A stretch of 64,000 nucleotides of DNA from the human T2T-CHM13v2.0 reference genome, Homo sapiens. Of the stretch, positions 39,060 through 54,605 are shown piece after piece. The stretch lies in the NCBI GenBank assembly GCA_009914755.4, contig CP068257.2, forward strand, positions 19,648,001 to 19,712,000, given 5' to 3'. Position 1 is the first letter of the stretch. Every line of letters starts with the position of its first letter. The position numbers and the translations under genes were made by a program. The notes beneath the pieces are model-generated. The model was not told the origin of the DNA. It did no database searches and saw nothing but the letters and a program-made list of their open reading frames with translations.

Positions 39060-40345
39060 GAGCATTTTTTCATATGTTTGCTGGTTGCTTTTATGTTTTC
39101 TTTTGAGAAATGTCTGTTCATGTCATTTTCCCATTTTTAATTGGATTATTATTTTTTTCTTGTTGACTTGTTTAAGTTCCTTATAGATTCCGGATATTCA
39201 ACCTTTATCAGAGGCATAGATTGCAAACATTTTCTCCCATTCTGTAGGCTGTCTGTTCATTCTGTTGATAATTGGTTTTGCTGTGCAAAAGCTGTTTAGT
39301 TTAATTAGGTCCCACTCGTCAATTTTTGTATTTATTGCAATTGCTTTTGAGGACTTAGCCATAAATTCTTTGCCAAAGCCAGTGTCGAGAAGTGTATGTC
39401 CTAAGTTTTTTTTATATATACTTTTTTATAGTTTGAGGCGTTACATTTAACCCTTTAATCCATCTTAAGTTAATCTTTGTGTATGATGAAAGATAGTGGT
39501 CCAGTTGAATTCTTTTGCATATGGCTCGCCATTTATCCCAGCACCACTTACCGAATAAGGAGTCAACATTTTGTTAACTTTGTCAAAGTTCAGATGGATA
39601 TAGGTGTGCAGCTTTCATCCTCAGAGAAATGTAAATCAAAACCACAATGAGATACCATCTCACACCAGTCAGAATGAATATTATTTAAAAAGTCAAAAAA
39701 TAACAGGTGCCGTCAAGACTTCAGAGAAAAAGGAATGCTTATACACTGTTGATGAGAATGTAAATAGTTCAACCATCGTGGAAAGTAATTTTGAGATTTT
39801 GCAAAGAACTTAAGCAGAACTGCCATTTGAGCCAGCAAACCCATTACTGGGTAAATACCAAAAGGAAAATAAATTGTAACAGACACATGCACTCGTACGA
39901 TTATCACAGTGCTATTCACAATAGCAAGGACATGGAGTCAACCTTGGTACCCATCAACGGTGGACTGGATAAATAAAATGCAGTACCTATACACCATGGA
40001 CTACTACACTGCAAAAAACAAACAAACAAACATGAAATCATGTCCTTTGCTGCAACATGGATGCAACTGTAGGCCGTAATCCTAAGCAAATTCACACAGG
40101 AACAGGAACAGAAAACCAAATACTGCATATCCTCACATTGAATGCCCATGGACATAAAGATGGCAGCAACAGACACTGAGGACTACTAGAGAAGGGAAAG
40201 AGGGAGGTGGGATGGTCTGAAAAACTACCTATTGGGTATCATGCTAACTATCTGGATGACAGAACCACCTTTACCCCAAACCTCAGAATCATGCAATATA
40301 CCCAGTTAACAAACCTGTCCATATGTCCCCTGAATCCAAAAAAAG
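39060..40345. mobile_element. Older L1 with an inverted/direct (twin-priming-type) structure. 39060-39595 is reverse-oriented ORF2 sequence. 39596-40345 is the direct 3' end with an A-rich tail.
   Basis: 39060-39595 ...tcttttgagaaatgtctgttcatgtcattttcccatttttaattggattattatttttttcttgttgacttgtttaagttccttatagattccggatattcaacc... is the reverse complement of ORF2. 39596-40345 ...cagagaaatgtaaatcaaaaccacaatgagataccatctcacaccagtcagaatg...cctgtccatatgtcccctgaatccaaaaaaagaaaacg is the direct 3' end. Confidence 0.65.
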
Positions 40346-42030
40346 AAAACGTAAAAAGAAGTAAAGAGAAAAAAAGGGTTGTGAGTCTTAAGATTAGCAG
40401 TCCTCTGCTAGGTGAAAAATCTATGTGTGCATTTATTTGTTGCTTTATATTTAAAACAGAATTGGAATTGAATTACAAATGAGTATACTTCCTGGCTGTG
40501 CTTGAGTGGAGTTAGTTTTCCTTGGCTCAAATAAATTTGAAGGAATTAGTGGGTGCCGGTTAATCTGAACCAAACAAGCTGTGACATGAATAGGCATTTC
40601 ATGGTTGGTATCATCTTTATCTTCTGAGAAATATCTGAGGGTTGAGGAAAGACTTGGAAGACTCAGAAAACATATGAAATTGCTGCATGCCGTTATTCAT
40701 AAAAGGTAAATCAGTCTGTCAAATTAGTGGTATATCTGTTGCCTAAGCAACCGGTCAGGAGAATTATAACTTGAAGGTAGTCCACCACGTCCATGTTAGT
40801 GGGAGTTAATAGAACTACTTCACTATACATCCCCATGTTCCTTCCAGCTAAAGAAAAAATAGAAACTTTCCAGGAAACGTTGACTACTCAACACATACAG
40901 AATACAAATCCATGAAAGAATTCATTTCATTGTAATTCTCTAAGGAATGAAAAACCTTTACTGTAATAAAAAGAGTAATACTGCTCTTGCAACTAATGTA
41001 TAAATAATGATAGGTAAAACATGCATTTTGTTTAAAATGTTATTTCCCATAATTACAGAGGAAGAAAAACAGGGTACAGATAGTCAAATGACAATGTACT
41101 TAAAATTCAGAGTTAATATCTGAAAAAGTTCTATCTTTTGTAATACTAGTAATTATTATGTTACTTTAGAGACAACATGTCAGATTATGTTTCTTGTATC
41201 TAAATTCATAAAGGCAGAAACTTGATTTATTGTGTTTAATTACTAAGTTACATACCAGTTCTTATCTCTACCATCAATGGAGGTAATGTGGCATCAACGC
41301 TGACCTGAATGCTATTATAGAGATATTTGAGTATAATCACACTTGTAAATGCCTGTCTGGTATTGTTTAGTATATGTAAAAAATATTAATATACTTAATT
41401 TTAGGAATATTACTTTATGATATTCAGCTTAAAATTATAAAAGTGTGCATTGAGTCACAATTTATCCTCTACTTTGAAATTTAGCTTCTATTGTGGATGC
41501 TAGTGATTTGTTTATTGCAAACAGTGCATTTCAGTAACAGTTTCAACATGTTCCAAATGTGCAGCATATACAGTTTTTGCAATGTAATTAGTTAGAAATT
41601 GGAGATGCTTAATTTTAAAATTGAACAGTTCATGAAAATCTATTTCCATTCTCTGTATGGCTTATGCAGTTTCTCTTCATAAAATGTTCTATAGCTGCTT
41701 GAAGAAATTAAGTGTAGTTAATCAGAAAGAACATTATGTTTTGACACCTAATTTGAAAGCCCTGTTTTGAAGCAGTGATATATTGCTTATGGCATTACAC
41801 AGACCAATGAGAAGCCAAATAGGAAATCCACTTATGCTCAAAGTAGATCTCCATATTGATGTAAGTTAGGGTGGTATTGTCTTTTTCTGAGACATAATTC
41901 CTAAAAGTATATATGTTTGCTAAAATATGTACTTTATTGTTTAACAGATTTAGTAGTGAAATAGCTTTACAATGAATTGATATAATTATTGCACATTAGA
42001 ACACAGATCATTGATGGACATTTGGACATA

Positions 42031-42099
42031 TGTAACAAACCTGTACGTTGTGCACATGTACCCTAGAACTTAAAGTATAATAAAAATAAAATAAAAAAG
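42031..42099 (+). mobile_element. Very short 3'-terminal L1 fragment (~70 bp) with tail.
   Basis: tgtaacaaacctgtacgttgtgcacatgtaccctagaacttaaagtataataaaaataaaataaaaaa. Flanking direct repeats acacagatcattgat (42001-42015) and acgcagatcagtgat (42092-42106). Confidence 0.7.
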
Positions 42100-42270
42100 A
42101 ACGCAGATCAGTGATAAAGTTATTTTACTGTGAAACCAAATCAGTTTCATTAATATAAATGGAGATGTGAAGGATGACATTTGAAAGCTTAAAATGTAGC
42201 AAAAATTCTCTAAATGATGGTAGTGAAGGTGTTTTCGTCTCTATTTATTCTGTATTCATCTCTCCTTCAG

Positions 42271-42388
42271 TGCCGCCAGCAATCTCAATGCCTCAGAAAT
42301 CTTTTAATGCCACAGCAGAGAGAGGAGAAGAAATGACATTTTCCTGCAGGGCCTCAGGCTCTCCAGAACCCGCCATCTCCTGGTTCAG
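42271..42388 (+). CDS. NCAM2: NCAM2 coding exon (tentatively exon 5; Ig3 N-terminal half). Encodes (V)[38 protein letters not shown](R).
   Basis: Acceptor tctccttcag|TG. Donor AG|gtaggt at 42389. 118 nt. Overlaps ORF track entry 42174..42392. Confidence 0.88.
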
Positions 42389-44951
42389 GTAGGTTATGCA
42401 CCCCGCTCCCTCTGGCTTGTGTCCATTATCAGGCTTATGGAACAGTATTGGGATCTTAATCATTTTGGTAAAAAGCAAACCATTGCATTTTAGTTTCATT
42501 AAAAAAAAATCCTGGTGCTATCTTTGGGGCTTACGGTGGTTAGATTAAACTGCTAAAGAGATCAACAGTGTGACCCCGCTCTAATATTCTGAGTCAAAGG
42601 CTGTACCCATTATACTTATTCTGTCTGTAAAAGCAGACTTTTGGAAAAATGGGACCAGGAGCACCTGTGACTTATTCAAACATTTTATTATCATTACAAT
42701 TTATCTTGAAATTGATATTCTAGTGTTATTGACACCACTGTCATATGTATACAATATCATATTTTATTAGAATATAATTGTGTATATTTGTATTATACAC
42801 AAAATGTTGTATTATAGAAAAAACTGATTTATAGCATTAAAATTCAATGAATTTAATGTGTAATTTTTAAAAATTACCTCATCAAATGAGGAAATTCTGT
42901 ATTCTAAATCTATAATTTGATAGTTTATTTTTTTAGAATTTTAAAATACTATTTGATTTTTATTAAGTTCAAGAATATTTTTAAAATATTCCATTCTTTT
43001 AGATTGTGTCTCAAACTACGAAATTGGAGACGATGAACTTTAAAACTGGACCATCTTGTAGATATGCATTAGTAATGCAGGTTGCTACAGAAGCATTAGC
43101 TACAAGTATTTACAGAATCATTTCATAAACCATATAGTGAAAAATTATTTAAAAAGATTAGTAAAATATACATCAGAAGTGCAAAAGTGTCCCTACTAAG
43201 TATTAGGTTGTTGTTTTAAAAGTTCTTTGAAGGACAACAATTGAAATCCCAAACTAACTTTTATTCTTTTTTGCTTGAGCATGTACTGATATTACCTTCA
43301 ACTTTCAACCATTTGTTTCTACTGCTTATCATTTTAATATAGGATGTAACAATAAATGAGATGTTTCTTCAAATATTGTGTGTTTAGATGTTCTTTTCAG
43401 ACACTAATTTTCTTGGGACAAACTGTTGGTATTTTTTAGTAGGATTACACCTTGAATATTAACATACCCACCCCAGATAATCATCGTCTGTCTCAGTGAC
43501 TGCTGATTTACTAATGTGGATCCTTAAAAGTCCATATCAGACCTAATTGTATCACAGAAAAGCTACTGAATCATTCATTCCAATGAAAAAATACTGTTCT
43601 ACAATCTTTTTTCCTATGGTTTTGTATTTCCACAGAGATTTCTTTTTTCTTATTTGAACAGCATTTATTTAACAGATAAAGAAAGTAAAGCACAAAAATA
43701 ATATGAGCAGGAAATTGAGCAACAAACATGAGCTTGAGATACTCATGTTCCACTTTGTATGTAGTGGGAAAAACATCTTAAACTTCAAGCTTATGCCGAT
43801 CTTAGCTAATGTAATTGATGATTCCACAAACCAATAGTGGGAATAGTAGCTGGTAGGAAAGTACAGGTGAATAAGCCTTGTTTTGAAATAATTTTCCAGT
43901 CATTTATTAAGGAATGCTATAAAATGTAAACTGTTCTGTGTAAAGGGGCTAGAAGTCTTCCTGCATTCAAGAGGAAGAAAGGAACATGTATCTTTATCCT
44001 GTGAATTCATCCTGACGTGCACTTCATCATTTCTGAGGCAGAAATACATGGAAACTGGGTGTGTGATTGTTACAGTGTTAGAACATATGTCCTTGAAAAA
44101 TATGACACCAGGTTTAAGAAGAAAATCTCCTTTACTTCTGAGATTACTTGATCACAATGATTCCAAGTTTGATAGTAATTTCAGATTCCCCACCTATTTA
44201 TGTTGATGTTAAGTTATGCAGATTCCTCATTAGTCCCATCTTTAGGATAATATTAGAACACTTACCATCAAGTCAGAATAGTAATTGTGAGACTAGATGC
44301 TTTTAGTTTGGTCAGTTTAGTTGTCTGCAGCACAACCCTTTCAAATAACAGCTTACCAATTACTTCTCACCAGAATACCAAGATCCTCCAGCAGCTGGGA
44401 AGTGTTAGCTGGCTTGGTTTTTCAGAGAGACTTCTTTTCTGCAGAGATTTTTTTTTCTTAAAGTTTTACATTCCTTCAAAACTGTTTTCTTATATTTAAT
44501 TAGAAATAGTATTATATAGACTAGTATAAATCAGATTCAAAGAATAATATAATGAGTAATTTAAATTTATATTTTTTCTTCTCCATATCTTCATATGGTA
44601 TTAGTTTCATCCTTTGGATAGAATGAAATAACAATTTATTGAAAACCTAAATAATTGTTCTAGTCTCTGGATATAAAATATATACTGGGAGGATGAGAAT
44701 GTGTGGTTGTAACATTAACGAAGGTAAAATTTGTGTTAGAGGGAAATTCTGACCTTGTATCTGTACATATAGACATGTCATGTTTGTGGAAAAGAAAAAA
44801 TTCCTGAAAGTATCAGGAAATGTAGGGTAGCATCCCGAGAGAAATGTCCAGACTGTTTCATAGAGATAATATTTCCAAGCGAGATAAGTGAAGTCAGTTG
44901 TACTAGTCAGCTTGGGCTGCCAAAACCAAATACCACCCACTGGGTAGTTCA

Positions 44952-45253
<302 letters not shown>

Positions 45254-46845
45254 TTAAGATCAAGATACCAGCAGGGTGGCCTTCCCTCTGTGTACAAACT
45301 CATGGAGAGAGAGAGTTCTGGTTATCTTCCTCCTCTTTCAGAAACAGCAATCCTTTTTTGTTTGTTTTTAATAATTTCAACTTTTATCTTAGATTCGCAG
45401 GTTTGTTACATGAGTATAATTTATAGAAACCGAAAGTAGATAATTGGTTGCCTGGGACTGGATATGAGAACAGAGATTAACTGTGAATGGGTATAAGAGA
45501 TCTCTTGTGATGGTTGAACCACTCAATACAGTTACTAAAACTTCAGCCAACCAAACAAAAACCACCAGTTTTATGGGATTAAGGCCTCACTCTTATACTC
45601 TCATTTAAACTTAGTGTCCTCCATGGAGGCCTTATTTTCAAATACAGTCATTCTGGGGGTTAGGACACCAACATGTGAATTTGAGGGTTGGGAAAACCCA
45701 ATTTAGTTCATAACATCAATAAGATAATTAAAGACCATAATAGGGGAATTATAAAACATGTTCACAAAGAGAATCAAAAGCACTTAGTGACATGTAAATC
45801 CAAGAGGGAGTAAAAGCAGTGACTCTAAAGGTTCCCCCCTTCATTTTCGTTCAAACGGTACTTCTATATTGAGAATACAATATGGATTTTTATTGTTAGC
45901 CCATTAATTTCATAAATTTAATTTATTTTAAAATGTTCCATTTAAACCCCACTTAATCATGATACACAGGCATGCCCAGCATAATGACCTATCAATGACA
46001 CGCCTCATATGTGATGGTGGTTCCATAAGATTATAATGGAGCTGAAAATGTCCTATTGTCTATTGACATCGCAGCCATCATAAAATCATAGCTCAACATA
46101 TTACTCATGAGTTGGTAGTTACACTAGTGTAAACAAACCAATATATAAAAGCATATACATATTTTATACACTACATAATACTTGATAAATATGTTACTGG
46201 TTTATATATTTACTATACCGTACTTTTAATCATTATTTTAGAGTGTACTCCTTCTACTTATAAAAGAGAGAAGTTAACTGTAAAACAGCCTCAGGCAGTT
46301 TCTTTAGATAATATTCCAGAAGAAAGGATTGTTATCCTAGGAGATGCCAGCTCCATGCCTGTTATTGCCCCCAAAAGACCTTGTAGTGGGATGAGATGTG
46401 GAGGTGGAAGACATTGATATTGATGATCCTGACCCTGAGTCGGCCGAGGCTAATGGGGGTATCTTCCTTTAAAAAAAAAAAAAATTAGTGATAAAAACTT
46501 AAACAAGAAAAAATATATATCCTTATAAAATAAACAATAAAGAAAATATTTTGTACAGCTATACAATGTGTTTGTACTTTGAGCTGTTATTAAAAAAGAG
46601 TCAAAAGTTTAAAATTTTTAAGAGTATATAAAGTAAAAAAAGCTAAGGTGAATTTATTATTGAAGAAAGAAAATGTTTAGTGTCGCTTAAGTATACAGTG
46701 TTTATAAAGTCTAGAGTACTATACAGTAATGTCCCAGGCCTTCACAGTCACTCACCACTTACTCACTGAGTCACCCAGAAGAACTTCTAGTCCTGGAAGC
46801 TCCATTTACAACATATATATATGCCCTATATATGTATAGCATTAA

Positions 46846-47146
<301 letters not shown>

Positions 47147-47439
47147 TTTATACCATATTTTTTACTGTACCTTTTCTATGTTTTGATATGTTTAGATATG
47201 CAGATATTTACTATTATGTTACAGTCGCTTCCAACATTCAGTATAGTAACATACCGTACAAGTTTGCAGCCTAGGAGAAATAGGCCATACCATATAGTTT
47301 AGGTGTGTAATAGGCTATATACCATCTTGGTTTGTGTTAAGTACACTCTATGATGTAAACAGAGCTACAAAATTGACTGGGGACATATTTTGTAGAACAT
47401 ACCCCTGTGGTTAGGCAATGCATGACTGCATTATCCTTT

Positions 47440-48990
47440 TTATGCATGGCTGGAATCAATGTGTCAATAATTTGTTAAGAATTTTTTATATTCATGGTTA
47501 TGAGAAATATTGTTCCATCATTTTCTTGTTCTTGACTTTTTAGGGGTCAGGGCATTACTAGTGTCAGAGAATGAGTAGTGAAGTATTTCTTCCTCTTCTG
47601 TTTTCCAATATAACTTTTATGTAATGTTTATTATTTCTTAAATTTCTGGAAAAATTGCCAGTGAAACCATCCATGTCATAATTTTTCTTAAGTTCACATT
47701 TAAGTACAAATTCAATAATATTTTTCATAGAAATAGGGCTATTCAGGTAATTTTCTTTAGTGAGCTTAGATGATTAACGCAATTCCAGGAATTTGTCCAT
47801 TTCTTTTAAATGGTATTTACTGGCATTGTCATTCATAGTATCCCTTTGTTATACTTCAATTTGCATGTTTTCTGTAGTATTCTCCCCTCTCTCATCTTGA
47901 TAACCTCATAACTGGTTATTTGTTCTACTGTCTTTTTTATCCTGATTATTCTAGATGTAGGTCTATGCACATACTAATGTCAGTGAATCTGCTTTTGGCT
48001 TCACTTATTTCTTTTTTGTTTCCTATTCTCCATTTCATTAATTTCTGGTTTTATTTTTATTATTATTTTCCTCCTGTTTACTTTGTCTTTAATTTTCTTT
48101 TCCATTTTTGATTGCTTAAGGTGGACTCATGTCATTGATTCTAATCATTTATTCTAATACAAGCATCTGTTTTTCCTCTCTAAATATGGCTGTAATTGCA
48201 CCCTGCTAATTTTGATATGTCATATTTCCAATTTGGAGGGGTTTAAATTTTGTTTTTAATTCTCATGTTATTTTTAATACTATTCATTTAGAAGTATGCT
48301 GATTTGTTTCTAAGTATTTGGGTATATTTCATAAATATTACTGCTGTTGATTTTTAACTAAATTCTATACTTATCAGGAAATAGACTTTTTAATGGTTTC
48401 AATTTATTTAACTTTATTGAGTCTTAAATTAAAGTATGTGTATTCCACTATTATTGTATGGAGAAATCCCTAATATTAAATAGATCAACTCCCTTGATAG
48501 TATTGTGGAAGTCTTCTATATTTTTTTGTAACGATTCTTCTCCAACTTTATTTTTAAATGTGTCTATTTTTATATTCAGTTCTCTCTGTTTTGCTTCATA
48601 TTTTTTGAAGCTCTAGTATTATATGTTTAAACATTTATTCACGTAGATCAGTACTATGAAAATTATTATTTAAGGGCTTTAAGGATGGAAAAAAATGATA
48701 CCATATAGAACTTTGTTTCAGTCTTTTTCTGTTTTTCATTTTACCATGTCTTCAAGTGAACTAAGTTACGTCACTATGTCTTCAAGTTTACTAATATTTT
48801 CTACTGTAATATCTAATGTTTTTAATCCCATCAGAGTATTTCTCATAATTTTATTTTTCTTCTCTGAGAGTTTCAAGGAGATGTTTTGTATGTCCTCCAT
48901 GCCTCTCTTACCATTCTCATGTTTTACTTCCTTGAAAATATTGGAATATATTTCTAATAGTTGTTTTAATAGGCATCTACTCACCTACCC
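47440..48990 (-). mobile_element. Ancient L1 ORF2-derived block, reverse orientation. Low confidence.
   Basis: AT-rich sequence resembling the reverse complement of L1 ORF2 (...ccatccatgtcataatttttcttaagttcacatttaagtacaaattcaataat...). The boundaries are approximate. Confidence 0.35.
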
Positions 48991-49047
48991 TCTGTATCAT
49001 ACCTATATTTTGTAACTGACTGATTTTTCTCCCTCTTGTTTTATTTA

Positions 49048-49326
49048 TTTTTTGGAGACAGATTCTCGCTCTGCCACCTGGGCAGGAGTGCAGTGGCACT
49101 CACTGCAACCTCCAACTCTCGGGCTCAAGTGATCTTCCTGATTCAGCATCCCCAGTAGCTGGGACTATAGACATGCGCCACAATGCCCAATTAACTTTTT
49201 AATTACTATTTAGAGAAGTGGTTTCAGTGTGTTGCCAGGGTTGAACTTCAAATCCTGGCTTCAAGAAATCCTCCTGCCTTGGCCTCCCAAAGTGCTGGGG
49301 ATACAGGAGTGAGCCACTGTGCCTGG
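49048..49326 (-). mobile_element. Alu (older, AluJ-like), reverse orientation.
   Basis: ttttttggagacagattctcgctctgccacctgggcaggagtgcagtggcactcactgcaacctcc...ctcccaaagtgctggggatacaggagtgagccactgtgcctgg. Confidence 0.85.
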
Positions 49327-49382
49327 TGATTTTTCTCCTTCCTCTGGGTTGTATTTTCATGTTTATTTACTATCCTGGTTAG

Positions 49383-50239
<857 letters not shown>

Positions 50240-51996
50240 AGGAATTTTTAATTGGGTTCCAGACATTCAGAATTTTGTGTTTTGGGGTGCTGAATATTTT
50301 TGTATTATTTTACTTTGTTTTATAGATGCAGTTAAGTGACTTGGAAAAAGTTTTATTTGAGGGAGAGCTTCCATTTAGGCTCTTTTAGGTGGATCCAAAC
50401 CACCTTCAGTCTAGGGTTAATCTGGTTCCATTACTGATGCAATATTATTCTAAGGACATGACTTAAGTCCTGTGTTTTAGGATATCTTTTTACTCTGGAT
50501 GGTTGAATTGCAGATTATTCCTGGTGCTGTGTGAGCTTCTGGAATTATTGTACTTTATATTTTCTAATGGTTCTTTCCCTCATCTGAGAAGGCCTTACTG
50601 GTGTACACTCATTGATCAATACTCAGTTAAAGATTTGTTGGGAACCCTCTGCAGATATCTATAGCTCTGTTGTCTGTGCAGCTGTCTTCTCTCACATTAT
50701 CTAACCTGCACCTTCTGTCGCTTTGACCTCCCCCAACTGCACACTCTGTCTTCCAACCCAGATACATTGCCTGACTCTGTTCGTGTTCTCTGCCTCCCCC
50801 AGCTGCAGCCTGAAAACTCTCTTCAGGCAGTCAGCGATGGAGGTACTCATATGCCACTGTCATATGCAACCAGTTGGCTAATGTGTGAAAACTATTGTTT
50901 TATATGTATAGCCAGTGTTTTTGTTGTTTAAATTGGGAGCATATAGTTTATGTTAATACAATATTGTTCAAAATGAAATTATCATTCAATTCTTTAGTGT
51001 TTACATTAATTCTGTAATCCTGACCCCTACATTCTTGTACCTGAAAAAGGGGACGCTTAGAGAAGTGGTTTGAGTTTCAAAGAATGGGCTTAATGCATGT
51101 GTCAGAATGCCTTGGAGTGATTTTTTAGACGTTGACATTTCATAGACATGGATTGTGAATAGCAATAGGAGCATTTCTACCTGACTTTATTGGGAGGGAG
51201 TAATAAGGTATTTATTGGGAGGGAGTAATAAAGCATTGGTAATATTCCCTTATTTATGATGGCTTAATTATATTTCCTATTGAGCATTTAAAGTGAATGT
51301 AATCTGTACACACTTATGTTCTCTAAATATGTTCAAGTTTTGCCCCTCTACTTCAAAGGCCAAATCAAGGATTTTTATTTTCTCATGAAAATTCCCAGAG
51401 TAGTACAGCCATCTTCCTTGTCATATCTCCCGTTATAACAGATCACCTCCTGCTCAAAAAAGTTGTAAGTCCACTAATGGAATCTGCATTAACCTCTATT
51501 AATGCCAACCAAATTATGGGTTCCTCATGATGGGTGGCAACTAATTTGCTATACATCAAACATTTAGCACAATGTTTTATATGAAGTAAGGAGATAACCC
51601 TCTTTTTTAGAAAGAACATTGGAACTTAATTAACCTGCTGCTTTTATTAATGGGTGAGCCTGTCTTTTTATTTGTGAATTGAGGAGTAGAGATATACACA
51701 TACTGTAGTTCTCTGATTTTGAATGAGTAAGCAGAGGGAAAATGCACATTTATGGGCTAATTGTGAGTGCTGAAACCTCTACCGTGCTATTATTATTATT
51801 ATTAGGAAACAAATGAATAATTTTCATTGAAGATATTGAGAAATATATTGTATCCCTAATTATGATGAAAACCCTATCTACATATTAAATTCTAGATAAA
51901 AACTCTGAAATGTCATTTTTATACCTGTTGTAAAGATTGCATTAGTAATAATATCAAAAATATATATAAAAGATACTATATATGCATTTATTATTA

Positions 51997-52266
51997 TTTT
52001 TTTTTTCGGACACAGTCTCACTCTGTGGCCGAGGCTGGAGTGTAGTGGTGTGATCTCAGCTCCCTGCAACCTGCCTCAGCATCCCTTCGGAGTAGCTGGG
52101 ATTACAGGCGCCTGCTACCACGCCAGGCTAGTCTTTGTATTTTTAGTAGAGATGGAGTTTCACTATGTTGGCCAGGCTGGTCTCAAACTCCTAACCTCAA
52201 GTGATCCACCGGCCTCTGCCTCCCAAGGTGCTGGGATTACAGGCATGACCCACCACACCCGACCCA
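51997..52266 (-). mobile_element. Alu, reverse orientation, with an internal deletion of about 30 nt.
   Basis: ttttttttttcggacacagtctcactctgtggccgaggctggagtgtagtggtgtgatctcagctccctgcaacctgcctcagcatccc...caggcatgacccaccacacccgaccc. Confidence 0.85.
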
Positions 52267-53536
52267 TTTGTTATTATTTTATGAATCCTAATTTTGCAAT
52301 CTTCCACTCCTCTTAAGAAATGTTGTGTACTTCATGGTACATTTAGAGATGTCATGAGAAACTGGAACAATAAATTCTATTGAGTATAGACATATAAAGA
52401 TTATGTTCATATATGTGTTAGTGGTTTCTGGAAAGTAGAACCAGAATTCACTGGAAGGAACTGCTTAGTGTATCAGAGAAATGTTTGATTTTATTTTAGA
52501 AAATAGTTTTAATAATATTTATAGAGATTTTTTTAAATTTACAATTGTATGGACAAGCAAATGTCTCCATACCAATGGACAAATTCCAGAACTTTCCATT
52601 AGTGGTTTTAAAATCAATTCAGTCATGCAAAATACTATTATAAGAAAAATACAGGAGGGGATGCAAAGAAGAGAAAAGAGGAAAAAAGATGAATAAAATG
52701 AAAGGAGAATACACAATATAAAACGATTTCACAAATACCGAGGGAAATCATAGAAATAGTTCAGATTTTAATATATTGAAAATATTTCTTACTGTAGATT
52801 ATAGTAAAAAATGTTTGAAAGCCGTGGTTGGTTTTAAAGGACAACTTAGACTAGAATGGAGCAGAGTGAGATGTATTTCAGTAGAGAAAAAAAACCTTAA
52901 AAATATTGATAATTATTTGGGACTAAGAGGAAACAGAAAAACAATTTATTTTCCTCATTAAAGAATAAAATTATCACATTCAAAATAGTTTCTAAATTAA
53001 TTGTGTTTTCATGTAATTCTCTCATCTTACTATTTTATTGGCAGTACTTATATGCAATATACATTTATGATATATTTACATTGTATTTACTTTGAAGCTT
53101 CTGTGAAGAAATTTTCTACATAAATTATTTTAAATGTGTCCCAAGAGGGGAGTAAATAAATATATATAATAAATATGTATTGTCTCACCAACATTTAATT
53201 GTGTATGGGATTAAAAACAGCAAACAAAATGTTTTTTTTGCCAATAATCAAAGTACAAATTGAACTGATATACTTTTTGCCTGGTAACTATTAAGATTTT
53301 GACATAGTTCAAATGTTATTCTTGTGTTTACATTCAAAAAAAATTTCAAGTATAATTTTATTGTTTATTCGTTAAGTTCTGAGGCTACTAAAAATATACT
53401 TTTGATTGGAATATAGCCCTGTCTTTCAATGATGATAGCCATATAGTCATCAATGCCTATAGATTAAAAAGTTGATTAAAATCTACTAAATTATAAAGCC
53501 AGATCTGTGAGGATGAACCTCTTTTTTCTTCTTTAG

Positions 53537-53697
53537 GAATGGCAAGCTCATTGAAGAAAATGAGAAGTACATATTGAAAGGGAGCAATACAGAACTCACT
53601 GTCAGGAACATAATCAATAGTGATGGTGGTCCTTATGTCTGCAGGGCCACAAATAAGGCAGGAGAAGATGAAAAGCAAGCTTTCCTCCAAGTCTTTG
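53537..53697 (+). CDS. NCAM2: NCAM2 coding exon (tentatively exon 6; Ig3 C-terminal half). Encodes (R)[53 protein letters not shown](V).
   Basis: Acceptor ttcttctttag|G. Donor G|gtaagt at 53698. 161 nt. Phase is consistent with exon 5 (AG|G = Arg) and exon 7 (G|TA = Val). Confidence 0.88.
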
Positions 53698-54432
53698 GTA
53701 AGTATTATAGCATAGTGGCTAAAACTGTTATGTCTATTGGAAGATCAGAGTGAAATTCTACTCTAATCATTTGAACTATTTAAACTTTCCATATTAAATC
53801 TGTTTCCTCTTCTCTGTAATATGTTTTTTAAATTTCAGCTACCAGATAGAATTTTTTGAAGAATAACGTAAAATTACATATGCAAATTTTTGTAAGTCAT
53901 TGATATGCTTACAGAAGCTGGAAAAAAATAATTTAAATTACACCTAGTGGGGTTTGTCATCTGTGTCTGTAAGGGTGGATCTCTGTAAGTCTCTAAATGA
54001 CACATGTTAGGATCAGTTTTACTTACAATATAGTTCAAAAGGGCACATTTTTAAGGCTACAATTTAAAAACATTGACATGTAACTATACTTAAATATTTG
54101 CTTTCATTTAACTAAATGAAAATATAAGATAAATATCTTCCATATTTACCAAGAGCCATATTATCTTATTTGGGTAACTTATAGAGCATATAAAACTAGT
54201 ACTTTACAGAAATATAATGACGTAGCTTCAATTATGTTTACAAGAAGAAAGACAGTGATGGCAGTGGGTGCTTCTAATAGAATTTTTCCCTTTAATTAGT
54301 GTAACACTAAAAAATATATGCCCTATTAACATTTAATATGTTTTCTCCAACTTTAAAAACACTGTTATTGAAATGCTTTCACAACAAAAAGAGGGAAAAG
54401 GAAGGAAGGAGAAATCTGTTAGAATAAGAAGG

Positions 54433-54605
54433 ACTGGGGCCTGTTGTGGGGTGGGGGGAGTGGGGAGGGATAGCATTTGGAGATATACCTAATGTTAAAT
54501 GATGAGTAACTGGGTGCAGCACACCAACATGGCACATGTATACATATGTAACTAACCTGCACGTTGTGCACATGTACCCTAAAAAAGTATAATAAAAAAA
54601 AAAAG
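54433..54605 (+). mobile_element. 3'-terminal ~170-nt fragment of a young-ish L1 with poly-A tail.
   Basis: ggactggggcctgttgtggggtggggggagtggggagggatagcatttggagatatacctaatgttaaatgatgagtaactgggtgcagcacaccaacatggcacatgtatacatatgtaactaacctgcacgttgtgcacatgtaccctaaaaaagtataataaaaaaaaaaa. Confidence 0.8.
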